Virus record (IMG/VR): IMGVR_UViG_3300027819_000036
Span: 1 to 35,953 of that record
DNA from: a virus
Lineage: Duplodnaviria > Caudoviricetes
DNA length: 35,953 nt
Reading direction: 5' to 3' (one strand)
The position numbers and the translations under genes are program-made. Shown here piece by piece: positions 8,671 through 16,552 of this stretch. The notes under the pieces were generated by a model, which made no database searches, had not been told where the DNA came from, and was given only the letters and a program-made list of their open reading frames with translations. Within the stretch, counting starts at the first letter, position 1. Each line of letters begins with the position of its first letter.

Positions 8671-9459
8671 ATGCGGCCCGGTCTTCTCAGGCGTCTGTCC
8701 CGCACTCCGTCCGGTCTGGTGCTCTACACCCGGGACGTTGCCCCTGCCACGTTCGATCCGTCCTGGACGTTCGCGGCTGGCGGCGGTCCCATGACCGTGG
8801 ACTACGGCGACGGGACGGCCAAAGTGAGCCACGCCACGGGCGTCAGTTACGCCTATCCCGGTGCAGGGACCAAGCTGGTCCGGATCACCGCGCCGGACCT
8901 CGCCAAGATCACGGCCTTCGATAGCAACTCAGACGTTCTCGTCGGTCCTTGCCCGCCGTTCAGGAATTGTATCAATCTGAGAACCATCTACCTGGACACC
9001 AACCAACTCAGTGGCGTTTGCCCGCCGTTTGCCAACAATACGTTGTTGACCGACTGGCGCCTGAGATCCAACCTGTTCAGCGGGAGTATCCCCACATTTG
9101 CCCCCTGCACCTTGTTGCAAATCTGGTACGGGTTCGACAACGCCTTCTCGGGCACGCTGCCGTCCTTCGCCACCTGCACCGCTCTGACAGATTTCCGCGC
9201 GCAAACCAACCAACTCACCGACTACACGGCCGGCGGGTTCGCCACGCAGAAGTCCCTGGCGATCCTCAATCTCTCGGGCAACCTCCTGCCAGCCTCCGCC
9301 GTCAATGCGATCCTGGCCGACTGCGTCACCTCGATCGGCGGCGCGGCCCACGTCGCCTGCACGCTGAGCCTCCAGGCGGGCAACGCCGCGCCAACCGGGC
9401 AGGGCATCACGGACCGGGGCACCCTCGTCACAGCAGGCTGGACCGTGACAACCTCATGA
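8671..9459 (+). CDS. Leucine-rich repeat protein with N-terminal Ig/PKD-like segment (262 aa)
   Basis: ATG 1 nt after upstream stop; TVDYGDGT (PKD-like), then about six 23-24-aa LRRs such as INLRTIYLDTNQLSGVCPPFANN and TLLTDWRLRSNLFSGSIPTFAPC. Confidence 0.8.
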   Translation: MRPGLLRRLSRTPSGLVLYTRDVAPATFDPSWTFAAGGGPMTVDYGDGTAKVSHATGVSYAYPGAGTKLVRITAPDLAKITAFDSNSDVLVGPCPPFRNCINLRTIYLDTNQLSGVCPPFANNTLLTDWRLRSNLFSGSIPTFAPCTLLQIWYGFDNAFSGTLPSFATCTALTDFRAQTNQLTDYTAGGFATQKSLAILNLSGNLLPASAVNAILADCVTSIGGAAHVACTLSLQAGNAAPTGQGITDRGTLVTAGWTVTTS

Positions 9460-9677
9460 CCCAACTAACCACGACCCGCACCGCGCTTCCTTGTAACGCC
9501 TCGCCCTCCGTGCTCTGCTGGCGCCTGGTCCACGACGGCACGAAGGTCATCGCCCTGTTCCAGAGCGCCGGCGACACCTGGACGAAGCAGGACCTCTTCT
9601 GTGCCACGACCCAGGCTGACTGCCTGGCGGAGATCGCCCGACTCGGCCTGGCCTACACGCCGGATGGTGCGCCATGA
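9456..9677 (+). CDS. Small hypothetical protein (73 aa), possible chaperone for the LRR/fibre proteins
   Basis: ATGA overlap with LRR stop; MTQLTTTR...CLAEIARLGLAYTPDGAP; GC3-rich codons. Confidence 0.6.
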   Translation: MTQLTTTRTALPCNASPSVLCWRLVHDGTKVIALFQSAGDTWTKQDLFCATTQADCLAEIARLGLAYTPDGAP

Positions 9678-9745
9678 CGATCCGGCCCGGTGGCTCGGCA
9701 ATCGCTGGGGGATCACCGTTGCCTAGCGAGAGGGGCGTGATCTAG

Positions 9746-10360
9746 ATGGCCATCACGAACGGCTACACCACGCTCGCGCTCCTCAAGGCGCGGCTCGGCA
9801 TCGCCACGGCCGATACGGCCGACGACACGACCCTCGAAGCGATCGTCGCCGGGGTCAGTCGCGCGATCGACGACTACTGCCACCGCCGGTTCTACACGGT
9901 CACCGAGACGCGCTACTTCACGGCCGAGCATAGCCGCCAGCTGCTGGTCGACGACCTGCTCAGCGTCACCAGCCTGCAGACGGACGTCAGCGCCGACCGG
10001 ACGTACGGGACGACCTGGGCCGCCACGGATTATGACCTCGCGCCCTACAACGCCCAGCTTGAGAGCGTGCCCCAGCCGTACTGGGCGATCGAGGTCCCCT
10101 TCAACGGGACCAACTTCTTCCCCGTCGGCGTCACCAAGGGCGTCAAGGTCGCCGGGAGCTGGGGTTTCAGCAGCACCACGCCGGCCGCGATCAGCGAGGC
10201 GTGTCTGTTCCAGGCGGCGCTGGCCTTCCAGGGCTCGAAGGGGGTCGGCGCATCCCTCGGCGTCGGTGGCACGGAGGTGCGGCTCTCCGGCGGTGGCCTG
10301 CACCCCTGGGCCAAGCAGCTCCTCGACGATGGCGGTTATGTCCGCCACGGGGTCGGCTGA
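9746..10360 (+). CDS. Head-tail connector/adaptor (gp6/gp15-like)
   Basis: NGYTTLALLKARLGI, DDTTLEAIV..VSRAIDDYCHRRF, VKVAGSWGF...PAAISEAC. Confidence 0.85.
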   Translation: MAITNGYTTLALLKARLGIATADTADDTTLEAIVAGVSRAIDDYCHRRFYTVTETRYFTAEHSRQLLVDDLLSVTSLQTDVSADRTYGTTWAATDYDLAPYNAQLESVPQPYWAIEVPFNGTNFFPVGVTKGVKVAGSWGFSSTTPAAISEACLFQAALAFQGSKGVGASLGVGGTEVRLSGGGLHPWAKQLLDDGGYVRHGVG

Positions 10361-10818
10361 TGGCCAACAGGCCGATCCGCATCGAGGTGCGCGGGCTCAA
10401 GGAGCTGCAGAAGAAGCTCCGCTTCGACCAGACGATGCAGGAGCCCTACCGCGACATGCTCGAAGAGGCCGGCGCGGCGGCCGAGGGCATCATCCGGGGA
10501 GGGGCACCACACGGAGCCACCGGCCAGCTCGCAGCCAAGCTCACACACCGCCTCCAAGCAATCCCGGTGCCGCGCTACGTGGTGATCAAGACCACGGCGG
10601 TGGCGCGCGGAACGAAGGGGCAGCGAAAGCTCGGCAGCCGCAAGAGCCGCGGCGGGCACCACTGGAAATACCCCTATAGCTATCCGAAGCGCCTGGAGTT
10701 CGACCCGAAGAGTCCGCACAAGGACTGGCTCCTCGGCGGGTTGAAACGCGCCGCCGGGCGAGTAAACGCGGTGCTGAACGGCTTCGGCCGCACGGTCGAA
10801 AAGCGCTGGAGGCGCTGA
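10360..10818 (+). CDS. HK97 gp10-like neck/tail completion protein (152 aa)
   Basis: TGATG coupling; IEVRGLKELQKKL, APHGATGQL, YPKRLEF; basic. Confidence 0.7.
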   Translation: MANRPIRIEVRGLKELQKKLRFDQTMQEPYRDMLEEAGAAAEGIIRGGAPHGATGQLAAKLTHRLQAIPVPRYVVIKTTAVARGTKGQRKLGSRKSRGGHHWKYPYSYPKRLEFDPKSPHKDWLLGGLKRAAGRVNAVLNGFGRTVEKRWRR

Positions 10819-11234
10819 TGGTCGCCATCAAGAGCCTCCGGGATGGATTGAAGACCCGGCTCGCCACGGTGACCGCGCCCAACGGGAAGACGCTCCACGC
10901 CTATGACACCTGGCCAGGGTCGGCGATGGTGCCCGCCGCGATCGTCATGCCCAAGTCGTGGGAATGGCGCTCGCTGGACGGCACGCTGAAACTCTATCGC
11001 TTCGAAATCACCGTCGCGGTCCAGGTTGGGAACCTGGCCAGCGGCCAGGATGAGGCGGACGACCTGGCCTCCGACACGGGAACGGCCAGCATCGAGGCCG
11101 CGCTGTTCGGCGACGAGACGCTCGGCGGTGTGGCGCAGAACATCGAGCGGGTTGCCATGCACAGTTACGGCGAGCTGGAGATCGGGACCATCGTCTGTCT
11201 CGGCTTCGTTTTCGACGTCGACGTCGTCGCATAG
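10818..11234 (+). CDS. Putative tail terminator
   Basis: LRDGLKTRL, SIEAALFGDETLGGVA; position after gp10-like gene. Confidence 0.7.
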   Translation: MVAIKSLRDGLKTRLATVTAPNGKTLHAYDTWPGSAMVPAAIVMPKSWEWRSLDGTLKLYRFEITVAVQVGNLASGQDEADDLASDTGTASIEAALFGDETLGGVAQNIERVAMHSYGELEIGTIVCLGFVFDVDVVA

Positions 11235-11243
11235 GAGGTTTGC

Positions 11244-11519
11244 GTGCTCTATCGCCAGATTGCCCACAAGTTGAGGATCCAGCGCCGCGCACCCGAGACG
11301 AGCGAGCGCCCACGCGACACGGCAAGTGGGCACTTCCTCGATGAGCCCTGCGCCAACCAGCTCCACCGGCACCCGCAGGATCTCCCGCCGACGCTGCTGG
11401 AGCTGGGGGCCGACGATCCCGTCGATCTCGCCGGCCTGCTCCGACTCGGCGCGATCACGCCCTACGTTCCACCCAAAACGGTGAAGGCGAAGGAGGAGCG
11501 GCATGGCGAAGGTCTCTAA
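11244..11519 (+). CDS. Hypothetical protein (91 aa)
   Basis: AGGAGG RBS then GTG; LLRLGAI motif of small proteins preceding tail tube genes. Confidence 0.6.
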   Translation: MLYRQIAHKLRIQRRAPETSERPRDTASGHFLDEPCANQLHRHPQDLPPTLLELGADDPVDLAGLLRLGAITPYVPPKTVKAKEERHGEGL

Positions 11520-12243
11520 CGTCGGCACCCGGATCTACCTGGACGAGTTCGCTCTCTCCGGGTTCCTGAACACGTTCGACCTGAGCATCGTGCAGGAGCT
11601 GGCGCCCTCAGTCTGCTTCTCCGACGTCGGGCCGCGGCGGCTCGTTGGCAACTATGACCACAAGCATGGCAGCAATGGGTTCTTCGATGCCGCGACCGGC
11701 GGCCTGGACCAGCTGGCTTTCGTGGATCTCAACACGGATGAAGATCACTACCTCGGCGAGTACCCAGGCTCGGACGCCGAGGCAGGCGTCGGTTATGAGA
11801 GCATCGTTCGTCTGACCGAGCAGCCGCGATCCGGCGGGGTTGGCGCCGCCGTGCTGCTGAATCTCTCCTCCGAAGGGTCTGGCGAAGGGTCTGGCGGTCT
11901 CGCGCGAGCGACTGTCCTGGCGAATGCGACCGTAGTGGCCGCGGGAAATCGGACCGGGCGCAATATGGGTGCGACGACGCTCGGCCAGGTCTTCGCGGTC
12001 GTCTTCCGCGTCCTCGCCTTCACCGGCACGAACATCACACTCAAGGTCCAGGAAAGTAGTGACAATGCCGGCGCAGATCCCTATGCCGACATCACAGGCC
12101 TCACCAGCGGTGCCCTGACCGGCGTGGGCGTCGTGCGGGCAACCACCTCGGCCGCGACCGAGGCCTGGAAGCGCGTCAATATCGCCGGAACGTTTACCTC
12201 CGCCACGATCCTCGTCACCGCCGGCGTGGTCGCCGGCACCTAG
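11503..12243 (+). CDS. Tail tube-like protein A with C-terminal beta-sandwich domain
   Basis: AGGAGGAG RBS; N-terminal half homologous to 12264-12671; extra C-terminal domain containing TLKVQESSDN. Confidence 0.65.
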   Translation: MAKVSNVGTRIYLDEFALSGFLNTFDLSIVQELAPSVCFSDVGPRRLVGNYDHKHGSNGFFDAATGGLDQLAFVDLNTDEDHYLGEYPGSDAEAGVGYESIVRLTEQPRSGGVGAAVLLNLSSEGSGEGSGGLARATVLANATVVAAGNRTGRNMGATTLGQVFAVVFRVLAFTGTNITLKVQESSDNAGADPYADITGLTSGALTGVGVVRATTSAATEAWKRVNIAGTFTSATILVTAGVVAGT

Positions 12244-12263
12244 CACAAAAGGAGATCACAGAC

Positions 12264-12671
12264 ATGGCCAAGAAAGCCGCGAAAAGCATCAATTTTGCCC
12301 TCGCCACGATCGCCATTGAGGACGAGCTGACCAGCGCCGATCTCTCTCTCACGCAAGAGGTCGTGAAGGTGGACGGCTTTTCATCCGTCGGACCCGAGCG
12401 CGTCGTCGGTAACTACGACTGGAGCATTGGCCTGGACGGATCGTTCGACGGAGTCGCCGCGCAGGGCGACGCGACCATCTTCGCGGCGCTCGGCAGCGCG
12501 GGCGTCGCCAGCGCCTTCGATCCCACCGGCGCGGCCGCCGGGGCGAACGACCCGAACTACGATGGCACGGTCGTCCTGGCGAGCTACTCGATCAAGGGCT
12601 CCGTCGGCCAGGCCGTGACCTACACGGCGAAGCTCGAAGGCACATCCGCTTTGGCCCGCGCGGTCGCCTAA
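12264..12671 (+). CDS. Major tail (tube) protein B
   Basis: AAAAGGAG RBS; 135 aa beta-rich; VGNYDWSIGLDGSFD, NYDGTVVLASYSIKGSVGQAVTYTAKLEGT; directly before the tail chaperone. Confidence 0.8.
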   Translation: MAKKAAKSINFALATIAIEDELTSADLSLTQEVVKVDGFSSVGPERVVGNYDWSIGLDGSFDGVAAQGDATIFAALGSAGVASAFDPTGAAAGANDPNYDGTVVLASYSIKGSVGQAVTYTAKLEGTSALARAVA

Positions 12672-12687
12672 CCGCCAGGAGGTCCGA

Positions 12688-13122
12688 GTGTCTAAACCCC
12701 AACCGAAGCGCCTGCCGTCCGACGACTGCAAGGTCATCCAGGGCGGAGAGACCTACTATCCGCATGAGGGAGAGTGGGTCGAGGTGTTGCCGGGCGTGAC
12801 GGTAGATGGCGTGCGCCAGCTCCACACGCTTCACGAGCTGGCGCCCAAACTGCTCGCCGCTCAAGGCGAAGCGGACGAGCAGGCGCGCATCCTCGCCCTG
12901 ATGGATGGGGCATTCTCCGAGGTGGCTCGATTCCTGGCGCCGCGCCTCACGGCATGGAACTGGACCGACGATCTCGGGCGCCCGCTACCACTGCCGGACG
13001 GGACGCCCGGGCCGCTCGGCTGCCTGCGCCAGGAGGAGCTGTTCTGGCTGATCTCGGCGGCACAGGGCGAGACACCGGGAAAAGGCGCCAGCGCTTCGAA
13101 GCCATCGCCGACCACCTCCTAG
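12688..13122 (+). CDS. Tail assembly chaperone (gpG-like)
   Basis: AGGAGG RBS; LTAWNWTDDLGRPLP motif; ends just after a slippery site. Confidence 0.85.
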   Translation: MSKPQPKRLPSDDCKVIQGGETYYPHEGEWVEVLPGVTVDGVRQLHTLHELAPKLLAAQGEADEQARILALMDGAFSEVARFLAPRLTAWNWTDDLGRPLPLPDGTPGPLGCLRQEELFWLISAAQGETPGKGASASKPSPTTS

Positions 13123-13439
13123 GCTTCCGCACCGACGCCGATCCAGAGAGCGTCCACTATGGACCGCGAACCTGGGAGGGCACCGTGTCAGACGTCTGTG
13201 AGGTCTTCAGCTGCCCTCCCGACGTGGCGCTGCGCCAGGATTGGCACCTCGTGCAGGCGATCCTTGAGGAGCGCGCGGCGCGCAGGGCGGTCGATCTGTT
13301 CAACCAGGGCGGCGAGGGTTTCGAAGCGCTGAAACAATCACCCGGGCTCCAGGAGGTCCTCCTGGAGATGCACCGCGCCCAATCCGGCGCGGGCGTCTCG
13401 CTGGACGACGTTTACCGGACGATGGAGAGCGACGGCTAG
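12688..13439 (+). CDS. Frameshifted tail chaperone (gpGT-like, about 250 aa)
   Basis: -1 frame continues ...RRQRFEAIADHLLGF...VCEVFSCPPDVALRQDW...MESDG*; no independent RBS seen. Confidence 0.82.
13077..13083 (+). promoter_or_regulatory. Programmed -1 ribosomal frameshift site G GGA AAA
   Basis: X XXY YYZ heptamer in the correct frame of the chaperone ORF; -1 frame is open to 13439. Confidence 0.88.
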
Positions 13440-14455
13440 GGCAGGCTCTCGCAGGCGATGCCGTTGCCATCGGCGTCGAGCCGATGATGATCGCGTTGGC
13501 CCGTGAGGCGCTGAGCGGCGGCAAAGAACGCCTGGGCGTCAGCCTGGGAGGCGAAATCCTTGCAATCGCGATCGGGGCCGCGCGGATCGAATGGGCCACC
13601 GTAGGCGGCGATCTCAGCCGGCGCTGGCACTGACCAGGAGATCCCGCCGAGGATCGCGTTGACCCGCAAGGCACCATCGACCTGGGGCATCGGCATCACG
13701 CCGACGACGTAGGTGCCATAGCCGAGCCTGTCGCCTGAGATCACCTGGGTCTCGACCAGGACCCAGGTCCAAGCCGAGACCGGGTCGGTATCGCCGGCGT
13801 CCTGGCGTGATATTGCCCGGCTCTTGAGCTGCACGAGCGTCACGAGCTGCTCATCGTGGCGGCTCCGCGGGTCGTGAAAGAGATAGAGCTCGCTCGCTCG
13901 GGCATCGTCGCCGGCATAGAGCGCGGAGATATAGGCCTGTGCGAGCGCCTCAGCGCTGGTGATGCCCGTCTGGCCATTGCAGGTCTCGGGCGCCCAGAGA
14001 CCGAGGCCATTCTCGATCGCCGCCTGTTGGGCGGCCCTGAAATCGGCCTGGTAGGCGTAGGGCAGGCGGTAGGTGTATTCGTGGGCGTAGCCGTCCGCAA
14101 TCATCGCCTGCGCGAAGCTCGTGCCATCCGGTAGGTAGAGGTAGGCCAGCAGCCGACCGTACTTGTCGCGATCGCCCTGGCTCGGATCAGTCTCGATCGA
14201 GACGGCCTGGCCGTCGAGCAGCTCATGCGCGTGGCCTGAGGCCTCCCGTCCATAGCACTGGACCGGCTTCCGTGGATCCACGACTTCGGGCGTGTCCATG
14301 CCGATCAAGCGTAAGCGCTCGAGCGACCCGTCGTCGAAGCGCACGTCGACCGTGTCGCCATCCACGACCTTGACGACCGTCACCGTGGCTGGCTGCGCGG
14401 CAGCCTCACCAGCGGTGACCGATAGGGCGAGCAGCAACGCAATCAGGTAGCGCAT
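13436..14455 (-). CDS. Secreted thermonuclease (SNase) with middle domain and C-terminal Excalibur Ca-binding domain (moron)
   Basis: Signal peptide MRYLIALLLALSVTAGEAAA; VVDGDT, RLIGMDTPE, DKYGRLLAY, GLGLW; C-terminal DRDCKDFASQADAQAFF...HRLDADGNGIACESLP; GAGGAGG RBS. Confidence 0.92.
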   Translation of the reverse strand: MRYLIALLLALSVTAGEAAAQPATVTVVKVVDGDTVDVRFDDGSLERLRLIGMDTPEVVDPRKPVQCYGREASGHAHELLDGQAVSIETDPSQGDRDKYGRLLAYLYLPDGTSFAQAMIADGYAHEYTYRLPYAYQADFRAAQQAAIENGLGLWAPETCNGQTGITSAEALAQAYISALYAGDDARASELYLFHDPRSRHDEQLVTLVQLKSRAISRQDAGDTDPVSAWTWVLVETQVISGDRLGYGTYVVGVMPMPQVDGALRVNAILGGISWSVPAPAEIAAYGGPFDPRGPDRDCKDFASQADAQAFFAAAQRLTGQRDHHRLDADGNGIACESLP

Positions 14456-14476
14456 GAGTGTCCTCCTCGAGACGCC

Positions 14477-14485
14477 AGCCTAGCA
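14477..14485 (-). promoter_or_regulatory. Putative extended -10 promoter for the nuclease moron
   Basis: Minus strand TGc-TAGGCT shortly upstream of the GAGGAGG RBS. Confidence 0.45.
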
Positions 14486-14498
14486 CGAAGGGATAACC

Positions 14499-16550
14499 GT
14501 GGCCTCATCTGCCGAACTGGCGATTCTGATCACCGGCGAGTCCACCGGCGCACAGAAGGCGCTCAAGCACGTGGAAGGGGCCCTGGGTGGGCTTGGCGGC
14601 GCCGTCGGAAAGCCAGCGGGGCTCATCGGCGGGCTCGTCGAGGGGCTCGGCAAGATCGGCCTGGCAAGCTTCGGCGTCGGAGCCGTCGTCGAGAGCGTCA
14701 GGGGGTTGGGAGAGGCGCTCATTGGGCCGGCGATGGATGCCGAGAAGATCGCGAAGCAGACCGAGGCCGTCGTCGCCTCCACGGGCGGCGTCGCAGGCAT
14801 GTCGGCCGACGCTATCGCCAGCCTGGCGGGGGATCTGAGCAAGGTCATCCCGGTCGAGGATGAGCTGATCCAGTCGACCGAGAACATGCTGCTGACGTTC
14901 ACGAACGTCGGAAAGAACATCTTCCCGCAGGCGACCGAAGCCGCGCTCGACATGGCTCAGGCGCTCGGCGAGGACCCCGTCGCAGCGGCTATGCAGCTCG
15001 GTAAGGCCCTGAACGATCCGATCAACGGCGTGACCGCTCTGCGGCGCGTCGGCGTTCAGCTTTCGGACGCGCAGGACGAGCAAGTCAAGAAGTTTATGGC
15101 GGTGAACGACATTGCCGGCGCCCAGGGAATCATCCTGCAGGAGCTCCAAAAGGAGTTCGGCGGATCGGCCCGCGCGGCCGGGCAGACGTTCGGTGGCCAG
15201 CTCGCCATCCTGCACACGCAGCTCGACAACGTGGCCGAGAGTCTCGGCGGGGCACTCCTGCCGGCGCTGACCGATGCGATGAAGGGGATGAACGAGGTGC
15301 TGTCGAGTGACGAGGTGCAGGGAGCACTCACCGGTCTCGCCGAGGGCCTGCAGGCGACGTTCGCAACGGTCGGCCGCGTCGTGGGCGGCGTCTTCGAGGT
15401 GCTGCGGGGGGTGTTCCTCGCCTTCACGGTCGACGCCGGCGGCATGGGCCTGGCCCTGGACAAGGTGCGCGAGTATTTCGGCGACGCGATCGCCGACGGC
15501 GTGCAGCCATTTTTCCAGGCCGTCATGGAGGCGATCCCGGCCATTCAGCAGTTTGCGCGAGACGTCGGCAGCCATCTCAGCGCCCTGGCCGCCGTCGTCG
15601 GCCAGGTGATGCGCGGCGACATTGCCGGCGCGTTCAAGGCGTTCGTTGGAGAGACCGTCGCCTTCAACGTGAAGATCACCGAAGCCCTCGCGGGCTGGGC
15701 ACAGGCGTTCATCGCGTGGATCGCGCCCATGATCCCGCCGTTCCTGGACGAGGTCGGCAAGCTGGCGGCGTCTCTCCTCGCCTGGGCGGTCGAGCAAGTG
15801 CCGATCATTGCCGCGCAGGTCGCGGGATGGATCGATGCGTTCATCGCCTGGGTCGAGCCGGCGATTCGAGTGCTGCTGCCCGAGCTGGCGAATCTGGCCG
15901 AGCGAGTCATGAGCTGGGTCAGCGAACAGGCGCCCCCGCTGATGGAGCGGCTGGTCGCTGAATGGGTGCCGGCGGCGATTGAGTGGGTGGCCCGCGCGGC
16001 CGTGGAGATCCTGCCGAAACTCGGCGAGCTGCTCGCGGCCGTCACCCTCTGGACGCTCACCGTCGGCGTCCCGAAGCTCCTCGAGGGCGGCTTGGCGCTG
16101 GGCTCGGCAATCCTCTCCGGGATCCTGAGCGGGCTCGCGACGCTGGCCGGCGACCTGGCCGCGCACATCAGCGCTGCAATCAGCCAGATCCGGATCGACC
16201 TCGGGCCCTTTCACCTCTCGGCTGAGGGGTTCCGGATCGACAGCCCGCCGCCCATCCAGGTCATCACGGAAAACATCACCCGCAGCATCCAGCAGAGCGT
16301 CACCAGGGATCCCGGCCACAACGCGCTCGGGACGGACTTCTGGCGCGGCGGGGCGACGTGGGTGGGCGAGCGAGGGCCTGAGATCGTCAACCTCCCGCGC
16401 GGCAGCCAGGTGATCCCCAACAATCGACTCGGCGGCGCCGGCTCCGGCGATCGCGGGTCCATCAACGTGGTCCTGCAGGTGGACGGCCTGACGCTCGGCT
16501 CGGTCAGCCAGGCCTACGGCAGCCAGCGGGTCGCGCTGCAGGCGATCTAG
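14499..16550 (+). CDS. Tape measure protein
   Basis: AELAILITGE start; QLGKALNDPINGVTALRRVGV; Trp-periodic amphipathic repeats; C-terminal ALGTDFWRGGATWVGERGPEIVNLPRGSQVIPN. Confidence 0.93.
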   Translation: MASSAELAILITGESTGAQKALKHVEGALGGLGGAVGKPAGLIGGLVEGLGKIGLASFGVGAVVESVRGLGEALIGPAMDAEKIAKQTEAVVASTGGVAGMSADAIASLAGDLSKVIPVEDELIQSTENMLLTFTNVGKNIFPQATEAALDMAQALGEDPVAAAMQLGKALNDPINGVTALRRVGVQLSDAQDEQVKKFMAVNDIAGAQGIILQELQKEFGGSARAAGQTFGGQLAILHTQLDNVAESLGGALLPALTDAMKGMNEVLSSDEVQGALTGLAEGLQATFATVGRVVGGVFEVLRGVFLAFTVDAGGMGLALDKVREYFGDAIADGVQPFFQAVMEAIPAIQQFARDVGSHLSALAAVVGQVMRGDIAGAFKAFVGETVAFNVKITEALAGWAQAFIAWIAPMIPPFLDEVGKLAASLLAWAVEQVPIIAAQVAGWIDAFIAWVEPAIRVLLPELANLAERVMSWVSEQAPPLMERLVAEWVPAAIEWVARAAVEILPKLGELLAAVTLWTLTVGVPKLLEGGLALGSAILSGILSGLATLAGDLAAHISAAISQIRIDLGPFHLSAEGFRIDSPPPIQVITENITRSIQQSVTRDPGHNALGTDFWRGGATWVGERGPEIVNLPRGSQVIPNNRLGGAGSGDRGSINVVLQVDGLTLGSVSQAYGSQRVALQAI

Positions 16551-16552
16551 CC

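Noticed and set aside
8671-9459. Diversity-generating retroelement target
   Set aside because: No reverse transcriptase and no TR/VR pair with adenine-specific mismatches was seen in the genome.
9674-9745. 23-codon ORF MTIRPGGSAIAGGSPLPSERGVI bridging to the connector gene
   Set aside because: Atypical codons and no motif; likely a module junction rather than a gene.
2-16319. Long minus-strand ORFs (e.g. 879-2897, 4153-5772, 5162-6919, 14505-16319)
   Set aside because: Antisense shadows of GC3-rich genes in a high-GC genome; no motifs or RBS.
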